Origin: Pseudomonadota bacterium
Lineage (GTDB): Bacteria > Myxococcota_A > UBA9042
Length of the DNA: 64,000 nt
Assembly (NCBI GenBank): GCA_005792545.1
Contig: SXRM01000037.1
Coordinates: 1,706 to 65,705, forward strand
Direction: 5' to 3'
In this document: positions 9,140 to 17,582 of the stretch, piece by piece
Layout: each line of letters opens with the position of its first letter
How positions within the stretch are numbered: position 1 is the first letter of the stretch
The notes under the pieces: generated by a model
Seen by the model: the letters and a program-made list of their open reading frames with translations, nothing else
Told to the model about the DNA's origin: nothing
Databases searched by the model: none
Translations under genes and position numbers: made by a program

Positions 9140-10126
9140 CTAGTCGTTATTGCAGATGATGACGCCTTCTTTGAGCGCCGGGTAGTAATACGACACTGTC
9201 GTGCACATCTCTTTGGGAAAGAACATTTGCTTGCCGCTGGTGTTGTTCCAGGTGCAGGTCACTGTGATTTCGTCGCCTGCTTTGAGGTCGAGCGACGTTG
9301 CGCCCACACCAAAGACCTCAACCGGCCCGGCGTCGCGGAATTCAGGCTTCCACTGGGCCACGTTGAACATGGTCTTGGACGGATAGGCCTTGTCAAGCGG
9401 CCGCGTGTGTTCGACTTTGATCTTGGTCCCCATCTCGTGCATGTGGCCCAAGGTGGCGAGCAACTTGATGTCGGCCGGCACTTTGCACTTCGTGCTGCGG
9501 GTGGTCTCGCCTTTGGCGGCGACGTCGACCAGGCTGTCGTTCAAGATGAAGTAGCTGACTTCGGTCAAGCTGGCCTCGGTCGCGAACTCGAGGCGGGCTA
9601 CATCTTGAATCTCAATGGTCTTGGCGCCGTAGTTGACATAATGCGACTGAAACACCGGCCGCATCCCTTTGGCCAGCCGCACGGCGTAGCCCTCTTGGAG
9701 CAAGGACTTGTCGCTGTGCGCATCCGGATCCGGCAGTACCAACGGCTGCAGGTTGACCATCTGCGCGACGCTGGTGCAGTCAAAGGTCTGACCGGGCTTG
9801 TAGTTGCCACCCTTGTCTTGCAAGGCCACGACGTGGTGACCCATCGTGCCCTGGAAGCCGCGAAACTTGCGGATCATATAGTCTTTTTCGGGCACCCACT
9901 CGGGCACCCAGCACAGCATTTTCTCTTCGCCGGGGGCGACCGTCAGCTTGGGCCCGACGAACTGCATGCCTTTGTCCGCGCTGGGCGCGGCGGGCACGTT
10001 CTTGGCTTTCTGATCCACGACAGCAGGTGCGTCGGGGGCGGCACTCTCGCACGACATCGCAACCGCAGCAGTCAGCACGGCGGCGCAGGCGAGCGCGGGG
10101 ACACGATTGGGCTTGAAAAAGCGCAT
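9140..10126 (-). CDS. copper type II monooxygenase (PHM/DBH-like) lipoprotein
   Basis: All six Cu ligands visible: GHHVV (H,H), QSHY (H), GHMHEMG (HxH), KEMC (M); lipobox AMSC. Confidence 0.85.
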   Translation of the reverse strand: MRFFKPNRVPALACAAVLTAAVAMSCESAAPDAPAVVDQKAKNVPAAPSADKGMQFVGPKLTVAPGEEKMLCWVPEWVPEKDYMIRKFRGFQGTMGHHVVALQDKGGNYKPGQTFDCTSVAQMVNLQPLVLPDPDAHSDKSLLQEGYAVRLAKGMRPVFQSHYVNYGAKTIEIQDVARLEFATEASLTEVSYFILNDSLVDVAAKGETTRSTKCKVPADIKLLATLGHMHEMGTKIKVEHTRPLDKAYPSKTMFNVAQWKPEFRDAGPVEVFGVGATSLDLKAGDEITVTCTWNNTSGKQMFFPKEMCTTVSYYYPALKEGVIICNND

Positions 10127-10158
10127 GGTTGCGACCTCGATGGGCGGAAGGGACGCGG

Positions 10159-10190
10159 ACTATACCAATTTGAGGCGCTTGCGCAAGCGC
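10159..10190 (-). promoter_or_regulatory. candidate promoter of the monooxygenase operon overlapped by a perfect 16 bp palindrome
   Basis: Minus strand TTGCGC (10186-10181)-N16-TATAGT (10164-10159); GCGCTTGCGCAAGCGC at 10175-10190. Confidence 0.5.
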
Positions 10191-10318
10191 AAAAATCGCA
10201 AGAATGACCGCAGTGTGCCGTTTGCGGGGCGGGCGATGGGGCGCTTGGGTTGCGGTCTCAGCGATTGCAAACAGCTCATCGCTCGAGCTAGACTGCGGCT
10301 GCGTCTGCCGTTCGGCGT

Positions 10319-11629
10319 GTGGTGCTGGCCTTGGTGTTCACGACCGCACAAATCGGCCACTTGCTGCACTACCCGCTGGCCGTGGCCCTGACGTGCGCGT
10401 CGCTGGGGCTGGCAGTTGCACGACCCGCCCTGGCGCAAGGTGCTGGGCCAGCCGCAGATGCCACGCCTACGAGCGCTGCCGCCGACGCCACCCCGGCAGG
10501 CCTGAGCGAAGCTGAACTCAAGGCGCTGGCCGAGGGCGCCGCTGCCGATGCCAGTTCCGCGCCCGCCGCCCCGGCGACGCCTCAGGCCACCAGCAGCGCG
10601 GCGTTGTCCAACCCAGCGCTGTCGCTGATTCTCGACACGGCGCTGGCGGGCTACAGCGAAGGCAAGCCGCTGCTTACCGGCGGCCACGACCCCAAGCGCA
10701 ACGGCTTCAACCTGCAGCAGCTGGAGCTGCACGCCGAGTCGTCGGTGGACCCGTACCTGACGCTGCAAGCCAACATCGTGTTTGCCCAGTTTGGCGTAGA
10801 AGTCGAAGAGATGTACGCAGAATCGCTGGCGTTGCCCGGGGGGCTCCAGCTCAAGGCCGGACAATTCTTGAATGCTTTTGGCCGAATCAACCCGACGCAC
10901 CTACACAGCTGGAGCTTTGCTGACCAGCCGCTGATGATTGGCAAGTTCTTTGGCAGCGAAGGCAGCCGCGGGCTGGGGGCGCAACTGGGGTGGCTGCTGC
11001 CGCTGCCGTGGTACGTCGAAATCAAAGCGGCGGCGACCGACGCCGTCGGGGCTTGCTGTGCGCGGTCGCTGCTTGGGGGCAACGACCTGCCGGTGCGCTC
11101 GCCGGCCGATGTGGCCTACACGGGCAATCTCAAGACCTTCCTGCCCCTCGACGAAGACTGGTCGCTGACGTTGTCGACCTCAGGCCAGGCGGGGCCGAAC
11201 GCGAGCGGCAACGGCAACCGCAGCGAGATCCTGGGCGGCGACCTGTACCTGCGTTACCGGCCAGTCGCGGACCCCGAGCGCCGCCACCTGTCGCTGCAGG
11301 TGGAGCACGCGGTGCGGGCGCGGCAAGTGCCGGGGCGCTCGTTGGTGGACCACGCCGGCTATGCGCAGCTGGTCGGCGCCTTGGCGCTGCGTTGGGAATT
11401 GGGCGTGCGCACCGAATGGACCACCGGCGTTGCGGGAGATCCGCTGGACCCCGACTGGACCACCAATCGCCAGCGCCATGCGGCGCAGCTGACTTTTTAC
11501 CCTTCACACTTCTCGCGGGTCCGCGTGCAGGCCACACTCGACCGACCGACGTGGCGGTCAGAGCCGATCTGGGGCGCGGTAGTGGCGTTGGAAGCGTTGA
11601 TTGGCGCGCACGGCTCGCACGGGTTTTAG
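10319..11629 (+). CDS. outer-membrane beta-barrel of the zinc-regulated receptor/porin type
   Basis: Signal peptide; GGHDPKRNGFNLQQLEL, FGRINPTHLHSW, alternating beta-strand pattern, C-terminal GAHGSHGF; exact start uncertain. Confidence 0.72.
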   Translation: MVLALVFTTAQIGHLLHYPLAVALTCASLGLAVARPALAQGAGPAADATPTSAAADATPAGLSEAELKALAEGAAADASSAPAAPATPQATSSAALSNPALSLILDTALAGYSEGKPLLTGGHDPKRNGFNLQQLELHAESSVDPYLTLQANIVFAQFGVEVEEMYAESLALPGGLQLKAGQFLNAFGRINPTHLHSWSFADQPLMIGKFFGSEGSRGLGAQLGWLLPLPWYVEIKAAATDAVGACCARSLLGGNDLPVRSPADVAYTGNLKTFLPLDEDWSLTLSTSGQAGPNASGNGNRSEILGGDLYLRYRPVADPERRHLSLQVEHAVRARQVPGRSLVDHAGYAQLVGALALRWELGVRTEWTTGVAGDPLDPDWTTNRQRHAAQLTFYPSHFSRVRVQATLDRPTWRSEPIWGAVVALEALIGAHGSHGF

Positions 11630-11762
11630 GAACTGTCCCAGAATAAGTCATTCTGGGACTGGTTCCGTTTGCTAGCTGGGTGGGTCGCAAGCTCGCGTCT
11701 TTGCAAGCCGACTCGCCGCTCCGCTAAATTGCAAAGCGATCGAGTTGATTTCGGACAAATCC
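11629..11762 (+). mobile_element. 134 bp dispersed MITE/REPIN-like element, copy 1
   Basis: 45 bp core at 11680-11724 identical to copy 2; 38 nt left-arm hairpin; imperfect terminal inverted repeats (14/21); flanked by TTA(G) direct repeats. Confidence 0.75.
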
Positions 11763-11775
11763 TTAGGAGTTTCAA

Positions 11776-12693
11776 ATGATACGCACAGTGACCCTGTTTG
11801 CGCTGGGCTTGGCAGCGACCATGCTGGCCGTGCCGGCTCGTGCGTTGCAAGTCGTGGCGACGCTGCCGAGCCTGGCGACCCTGGCGCGCGAGGTCGCCGG
11901 GCCGCACGCAACGGTCGAGTGCCTGTTGAGTCCGCGGCAGGATCCGCACTACGCCGATGCGCGGCCCAACCTGATCCTGTCGCTCAACCGCGCGGATCTG
12001 CTGGTCGTCAATGGCCTGGAGTTGGAGGTCGGCTGGCTGCCGGGCCTGGTGCGGCAGGCGCGCAATCCCAAGATCCAGACCGGCACGCCCGGCTATTTCG
12101 ACGCCTCGCTGCACGTGCTGCGCCTGGCGGTACCTGGGCGCGTGGATCGCGCGATGGGCGACATCCACCCGGGCGGCAATCCGCATTTTCACTGGGATCC
12201 GCGCGCGGCGGCGCTGGTGGCAGTAGCGCTCGGCAAGTCGCTGGGCGCGCTGGATCCGGCGCACGCGGCGGATTACACCAAGAATGCCGCGGTGATGTCG
12301 GCCCGCTTCAAGGCGCTGGCCCACGAGTGGACGCAGAAATTCGCGGCGTTGCCCGAGGCCGAGCGCAAGCTGGTCGTGTACCACGATTCGCTGGTGTACC
12401 TGGTCGACTGGTTGGGCTTAAAGCAGGTCATTACGGTCGAGCCCCGGCCGGGCATTCCGCCCGACCCGGGGCACCTGGCCAAGGTGGTGGGCACGGTGCG
12501 CACGACGGGCGCCAAAGCGCTGGCACAAGAGGAGTATTACCCGCGCGGGGCTTCCGATCAGGTCGCCAAGTTGACGGGCTTGCGGATGGCGATCGTACCG
12601 GGTGGCGCCAACTTCGGCAGTGGTCAGCGCTTTGACGACTACGTGCGCGGGCTGGCAAAGACGCTGTATGAGGCGCTGCATGGCGCACCGTAG
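11776..12693 (+). CDS. Zn/Mn-type ABC substrate-binding protein (ZnuA/TroA family)
   Basis: QDPHYADARP, DIHPGGNPHFHWDP, VYHDSLVY metal-site motifs; signal peptide; RBS AGGAG. Confidence 0.88.
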   Translation: MIRTVTLFALGLAATMLAVPARALQVVATLPSLATLAREVAGPHATVECLLSPRQDPHYADARPNLILSLNRADLLVVNGLELEVGWLPGLVRQARNPKIQTGTPGYFDASLHVLRLAVPGRVDRAMGDIHPGGNPHFHWDPRAAALVAVALGKSLGALDPAHAADYTKNAAVMSARFKALAHEWTQKFAALPEAERKLVVYHDSLVYLVDWLGLKQVITVEPRPGIPPDPGHLAKVVGTVRTTGAKALAQEEYYPRGASDQVAKLTGLRMAIVPGGANFGSGQRFDDYVRGLAKTLYEALHGAP

Positions 12694-13465
12694 CCTCGTC
12701 GCCGCGGCGCTGCTGGTGTGCCTGTGGCCCGCGTGCGCTTGGGAGCCCGGCAACCCCTGGGGCGTGCTGCAGCTCGGCGTGCAGGTGCGCGCGACCGTTG
12801 CCGCTGACCGGTTGTTGCCCGACGGGCGCTTCAAGACCGCAAGCGAATACTTGTGGCGCTACGAGCACTTTGACGTTGAGCTGGACGCCGCGCGCGTCGC
12901 AGTTGTGCCGGACACCACCAAGCTGTCGTTCGATCCCGCCAAACCGCCAAGCGGATACACGCTGTGCCACGGTGGTCATTGTCACGCCACTGACGGCAGG
13001 CTGGTGGACTACGCAACCGTGGAGGCCGGGTTGCTGGGTGAAACTGGTTCGGGGCCGCTGTTGCTGCCGCTGGACGTGACCGCGGACGCAGCGCTGCCAT
13101 CGGCAGTTGTGGCGCCTGCGGGACCGGTCGACCTGCCGCTGGGGACCGTCGCCAACGTTCAGGTGTCGTGGCGTCGTGCGGTCGTCAAGGCGCGCGTGTG
13201 GGACGGCTCGCCCAAAGGCGACCGGCTGCCCAAAGGCGGCATCGCCGTGCTGTGGCCGTTGCCGGCCGGGTCGGTGGCGGCACAAGTCCGCGCCAAGGTC
13301 GGGCCGCACGAGCCGCTGCAGTTGCGGCTGCACATGGCCGTCGAAGTCCCGGCAAGCTGGCTGGACAACGTGGATGTTGCTGCAGGCCCTGCGGATACCA
13401 AGGCCTTGGAATCTGCGCTGTTGCATGCCGCCAGTGCCAGCGTGACCGTGAACCGCCGCGACTGA
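12680..13465 (+). CDS. exported protein with CHGGHCH metal-binding motif
   Basis: ATG overlaps SBP end; hydrophobic N-terminus ending WPAC; YTLCHGGHCHATDG. Confidence 0.65.
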   Translation: MAHRSLVAAALLVCLWPACAWEPGNPWGVLQLGVQVRATVAADRLLPDGRFKTASEYLWRYEHFDVELDAARVAVVPDTTKLSFDPAKPPSGYTLCHGGHCHATDGRLVDYATVEAGLLGETGSGPLLLPLDVTADAALPSAVVAPAGPVDLPLGTVANVQVSWRRAVVKARVWDGSPKGDRLPKGGIAVLWPLPAGSVAAQVRAKVGPHEPLQLRLHMAVEVPASWLDNVDVAAGPADTKALESALLHAASASVTVNRRD

Positions 13466-13468
13466 CAG

Positions 13469-13810
13469 CTACGCGTCCCTGGCCGCGGGCAGAAACGCGA
13501 AGTACACCGCCGCCACGAGCAGTCCGAAAGCGACCAGGTGGTTCCAGCGCGGCCGCTCGCCGAGCCATAGGGCCGCGAAGCCGACGAACACCACCAGCGT
13601 GATGACCTCTTGCAGCATCTTGAGCTCGAACGCCGAAAACCGCCCGTAGCCCAGCCGGTTGGCGGGCACCTGCAGCGCGTACTCGACGCCAGCGATGAGC
13701 CAACTGACCACGATGGCCTGCCACATCGGCACATCGCGAAAGCGCAAATGGCCATACCACGCCGCAGTCATGAAGACGTTGGAGGCAATCAGCAAGAGGA
13801 TCGTGGACAT
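13469..13810 (-). CDS. small DMT-family membrane protein (DUF486-like)
   Basis: SNVFMTAAWYGHL, EYALQVPANRLG, LKMLQEVITL; four hydrophobic segments. Confidence 0.85.
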   Translation of the reverse strand: MSTILLLIASNVFMTAAWYGHLRFRDVPMWQAIVVSWLIAGVEYALQVPANRLGYGRFSAFELKMLQEVITLVVFVGFAALWLGERPRWNHLVAFGLLVAAVYFAFLPAARDA

Positions 13811-13904
13811 CGGCTGTCGTGGCGCCAGCGGGCGCGCTGCCGGGTAGCGTAGGCTAGCGCGACATTGCGACCAGTTTTGTCAGCAAGGACGCATGCGCCG
13901 GAGA

Positions 13905-15683
13905 TCAAAACCCGAAAACGCCTGGCTCGCGCTTGAGCAGCACCCACGGCCCTGGTTCGGGCAGCGCCATCGGGCGCAAGCGACCGCCGCTCCACTGCAG
14001 CCACACGTGGTCGGGGTCGGTGAGCGGCCGGTCAAAGCGAAACGCCACCACCGTCGGATGCCCGTGGTCATCGGTCTGGCGCACGATAGCGGTCATGCCA
14101 TTGATGTCGACCCGGTCGCCGGCCTTGAACATGTCGCGCGGGCCGCGCAGCAGTTGTTCAGCCTCGGTCTCGAGCAGCACGCCTTGCACGGTGCGGAGCT
14201 CAACCGTGTGCGCGTCGACGACCCGCAGTTCGATGTCGTGCAGGGCCAGGCACAACGCCCGCCACCGCGCCGGCGCCGGCTCGCGGTGTGCCATTCGCCA
14301 CAGCATCCCATAGATGCCCATGACGTCTGGAACAGCTGGGAAGATCGCGGTTTTTCCCACGGCAGCGTCCAAACCGGGGCGGTAGCCAGGCCCGGCGACC
14401 GCACGCGACGCCCAGCCCAAGACCAGCGTGCCGCCCAAAAATGCCACCGGCGCCATCACCAGGTGCAGGGCCACCAACAACCGCGCGCCTCCACGCGCCA
14501 ACAGCGATGCGTGCTGCGCGGCCAGCCCGGTCCACGCCGAGAACTTGGGCAGCAGCGGCCCAATCGCACACGCAACCGCGGCCGCGCCGCCAATGCTGGC
14601 AACGGTCAATAGGCGGCCGGCGGGAAAGGTCGCCGCAACCGGCACCAGCGCCAATAGCGATCCGGCCAGAATCCACACCAGATGCCTGCGCGCGTCGGCA
14701 TCGATAGCCGGCCACGCTCTGCCGACCAGCCACGCCAGCGCAACGGCGCCAAGCAGACCCGCCCCAGCAAAGCCCCAAATCGTGCCCGGCAGACCAACGG
14801 TCACTTCGATCGGCGCGTTGAAGGTCAGCACCCCGAGCAAGCCAGGGATGCGCAGGGCCGCAGCCGCGAGGTAAGGTCCCGTCTCCCGCACCGGATCGAG
14901 GTAGGCGCCCGAGTGGCGGGCGCCAAAGCCAAGTGCTTTGTAGGTCACCGCGTACACGACCGCCAAAGCCAGCAGCGGCCAAAGCGCCCGCCACCGCTCG
15001 ACCATGCGCGAACCGGGAGCGCCGGCGCCCGAAAGCTCAAAGCACACCGGCAACGCCAGGGCGCTCAGCGCCGTCTCGCCGCCGCACAGGCCAACCGCGA
15101 AACCGGCAACGGCCAGGGCGCGACCAGGTGGCCAGCCCCGCTGTCGCCAGCGCAACCACGCGACAGTGCCCCAAATGGCCGGCGCCACCGCCACCAGGGC
15201 ATTGCGGTTGGCCAGCCACGTCGCGGGCAAGGTATGAGCGTCATCGACCGCGTACAGCAAGGCCGCAAGGCCACCCAACCCCGGGCCAAGCGTGCGCAGC
15301 AACAGCGTTGCGACGCCGGCAACGACCAGCGCGTAGAGCGCGATGGATACGGCGTGCGCCAACGCCGGGCAATCAGCAAAGGCGGTGTGGTCCAGATAGG
15401 TCAGCGCGCTCGACAGCGGCCGCAAAAAGCGAACCCGCAGCTCGGGGTGCGCAAACCATGGGTAACCAATGTCCTGCGCCATGCGCATCCGCACCGGGTC
15501 GCCGTCGCCGAAGTCGTAGAGGTTCCACCACGCGTGCGGGCCGGGAACCTTGCCCTGCACGGTCGCGGCATGGCCCCAGTCGTCGATGATGAGGCCAGCG
15601 CCCAGCCCCGGCAGGGCCACCAAGGTCGCTACCACTACGGCCAGCAGCCGCGGTCGGGCCATCCAGGCGCGCACGTCGATCAT
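13905..15683 (-). CDS. polytopic membrane protein, GT-C-fold glycosyltransferase-like
   Basis: Many TM segments; acidic IIDDW in first loop; LLYAVDDAHTLPATWLANRNAL resembles TMTC/GT-C motif; start chosen at MIDVRAW. Confidence 0.55.
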   Translation of the reverse strand: MIDVRAWMARPRLLAVVVATLVALPGLGAGLIIDDWGHAATVQGKVPGPHAWWNLYDFGDGDPVRMRMAQDIGYPWFAHPELRVRFLRPLSSALTYLDHTAFADCPALAHAVSIALYALVVAGVATLLLRTLGPGLGGLAALLYAVDDAHTLPATWLANRNALVAVAPAIWGTVAWLRWRQRGWPPGRALAVAGFAVGLCGGETALSALALPVCFELSGAGAPGSRMVERWRALWPLLALAVVYAVTYKALGFGARHSGAYLDPVRETGPYLAAAALRIPGLLGVLTFNAPIEVTVGLPGTIWGFAGAGLLGAVALAWLVGRAWPAIDADARRHLVWILAGSLLALVPVAATFPAGRLLTVASIGGAAAVACAIGPLLPKFSAWTGLAAQHASLLARGGARLLVALHLVMAPVAFLGGTLVLGWASRAVAGPGYRPGLDAAVGKTAIFPAVPDVMGIYGMLWRMAHREPAPARWRALCLALHDIELRVVDAHTVELRTVQGVLLETEAEQLLRGPRDMFKAGDRVDINGMTAIVRQTDDHGHPTVVAFRFDRPLTDPDHVWLQWSGGRLRPMALPEPGPWVLLKREPGVFGF

Positions 15684-15779
15684 GGGCGGCACTCGACCCG
15701 GAGCAGAACCGGCGCAGCAGCAGTGTGACCGCGCCATCCAAAATCGACAACCGGCCCATTGCGTGCGATGCTGGTCGGC

Positions 15780-16757
15780 ATGCTCAGAGCCCGCATCGCC
15801 GCCACAGCCGCCTACCGAGCCGGGTCGCCCAGGTCCACGCGCGAACTTGCAGAGGCCAGCGCCCAGACGCGGCCGTTGGGCGAGATCGAGGCGATGATCG
15901 GCATCCAGAGCCGCCATTTCTCTGACCCAGAGGATACCGTCGCCAGCCAGGGCGCCAAAGCGGTGCAGTTGGCGCTGGACAAGGCCGGCCTCGCGCCGCG
16001 CGACGTCAAGCGGCTAATCCTGACCAATTCCACTGGCTTTGACATGATGTGCCCGGCCACCGCCAATGCCGTGTGTGACATCCTCGGCATGGACGGCACT
16101 TGTGGCTGCGTAGACATGAACAATGCCTGCGTCGGCTTTCTCAACGGCCTGGACTATGCCGCGCGGCTGGTCCACACCGGCATCGCGCCGGTCGTCGTGG
16201 TGTCGAGCGAGGTCGGCAGCAAGCACATCCGGCCAGATGACCCGCGTCCGTACTTGATCTTTGCCGACGCTGCGGCCGCGGCTGTGCTGACTTGCCCTGA
16301 GCCCGGCAGCGACGTTGGGTTTTCGGCGACATATTTCGGCAACCGCGGCCAGTACCGCGAGAGCGTGGTCATGCGCCATGCCTGCCTGACCGGCCAGCGC
16401 GAGACCTTGCAGTTCCTCAAGTCGGGCAAGGACATCGCTAAGCTCGCGGTTTTGGGTCTGCGCCAGGTGGCCGACGACGTCTTTGCCCAGTCGGGCTTGG
16501 GCTGGAACGACGTCGACTGGATCGTGCCGCATCAACCAAACGGCACCATGCTCCAAGACATTGCGGAGTTGTTCGGCATTGACCAGGCAAGAATGGTGCC
16601 GGTCGTGCACTTCATCGGCAATGTCGGATCGTGCTCGACGGCCTACGGCCTGGCCGAACTGTACGCCACGCGCGATGTGCGCCCCGGCCAAAAAGTCTTG
16701 CTGATAGGTGTCGGCGCCGGCTTGAGCTACGGCGCCCTGCTCTACCACGCCGGCTGA
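15780..16757 (+). CDS. 3-oxoacyl-ACP synthase III (FabH/OleA-like)
   Basis: Triad NNACVG (Cys), VPHQPN (His), GNVGS (Asn); GVGAGLSYG; start could be 15768. Confidence 0.88.
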   Translation: MLRARIAATAAYRAGSPRSTRELAEASAQTRPLGEIEAMIGIQSRHFSDPEDTVASQGAKAVQLALDKAGLAPRDVKRLILTNSTGFDMMCPATANAVCDILGMDGTCGCVDMNNACVGFLNGLDYAARLVHTGIAPVVVVSSEVGSKHIRPDDPRPYLIFADAAAAAVLTCPEPGSDVGFSATYFGNRGQYRESVVMRHACLTGQRETLQFLKSGKDIAKLAVLGLRQVADDVFAQSGLGWNDVDWIVPHQPNGTMLQDIAELFGIDQARMVPVVHFIGNVGSCSTAYGLAELYATRDVRPGQKVLLIGVGAGLSYGALLYHAG

Positions 16758-16789
16758 GTGTGCCGGCTGCGCCAACGACAGGAGCCGAT

Positions 16790-17539
16790 TTGAAACGTCC
16801 TGCGAACCTGTGGACCGCCTGGTACCTGGCCAATTTTGGTCTCGCAGCCCGTTACCACCGCTACGAAATCGACGGCCTGGACACGCTGCTGCAAGGTCGC
16901 GCCTGCATGATCGTCGGCTACCACGGCCGGCCCATCGCCTGGGATGTGTTGTTCCTCGCCGTTGAACTCTACAAGCGCCTCGGCTACTTGCCGCACGGCC
17001 TCATCCACGGCAGCTTCAAGCACGGCCCCGCCGCCAAGATGGTCCGCGACCTCGGATTCGTGTTCGGCGACACGCCGGAGCTACAGGCAGCGATTGAACG
17101 CGGCGAGCACATGTTGGTCGCACCCGGTGGCACGCGCGAGGGCTGCCGCAGCTTTCGCCACCGCTACCAAGTCGACTGGGACGACAAGTGCGGCTACCTG
17201 CGCATTGCAGCCAAGTATCGGCTGCCGATTGTGCCCGTGGCGGCGGACGGCGTGGACGACGTCTTTGAGGGCCTGAACAACGGCGATGCCCTGGGCAAGG
17301 TGCTGCAAATGCCGGCCAAGCTGCCGTTCTGGTTCGGCTTTGGCCCGCTTGGGCTGTGGCCGCTGTCGCCACCGTTTCCGGTCAAGGTGCGCCAGCGCAT
17401 CGGCCAACCGCTCGACCTGTTCCCCGCCGGCGCCATTGATCCTGGCGACAAAGCAGCGCTTCTGGCCGCTCACCGTAGCATCGGTGAACACATCCAGCTT
17501 ATGCTCAACGACCTGCGCGCTGGCGTGCGCGCGCATTGA
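16790..17539 (+). CDS. glycerolipid acyltransferase (PlsC/DGAT2/TMEM68-like)
   Basis: AGGAG RBS then TTG 16790; GYHGRPIAWD, APGGTREG, LPIVPV. Confidence 0.8.
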   Translation: MKRPANLWTAWYLANFGLAARYHRYEIDGLDTLLQGRACMIVGYHGRPIAWDVLFLAVELYKRLGYLPHGLIHGSFKHGPAAKMVRDLGFVFGDTPELQAAIERGEHMLVAPGGTREGCRSFRHRYQVDWDDKCGYLRIAAKYRLPIVPVAADGVDDVFEGLNNGDALGKVLQMPAKLPFWFGFGPLGLWPLSPPFPVKVRQRIGQPLDLFPAGAIDPGDKAALLAAHRSIGEHIQLMLNDLRAGVRAH

Positions 17540-17582
17540 CGCCGCGCCATTGTTGCCACCTGCCCTGCCCTCCAAGGTGTCC

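Noticed and set aside
8930-10207. 425 aa plus-strand ORF opposite the copper monooxygenase
   Set aside because: Shadow ORF; the minus-strand protein carries a full catalytic motif set
10260-10284. AGCGAT-N12-ATCGCT as a Zur box
   Set aside because: Short, and does not match a Zur consensus I can support for this lineage
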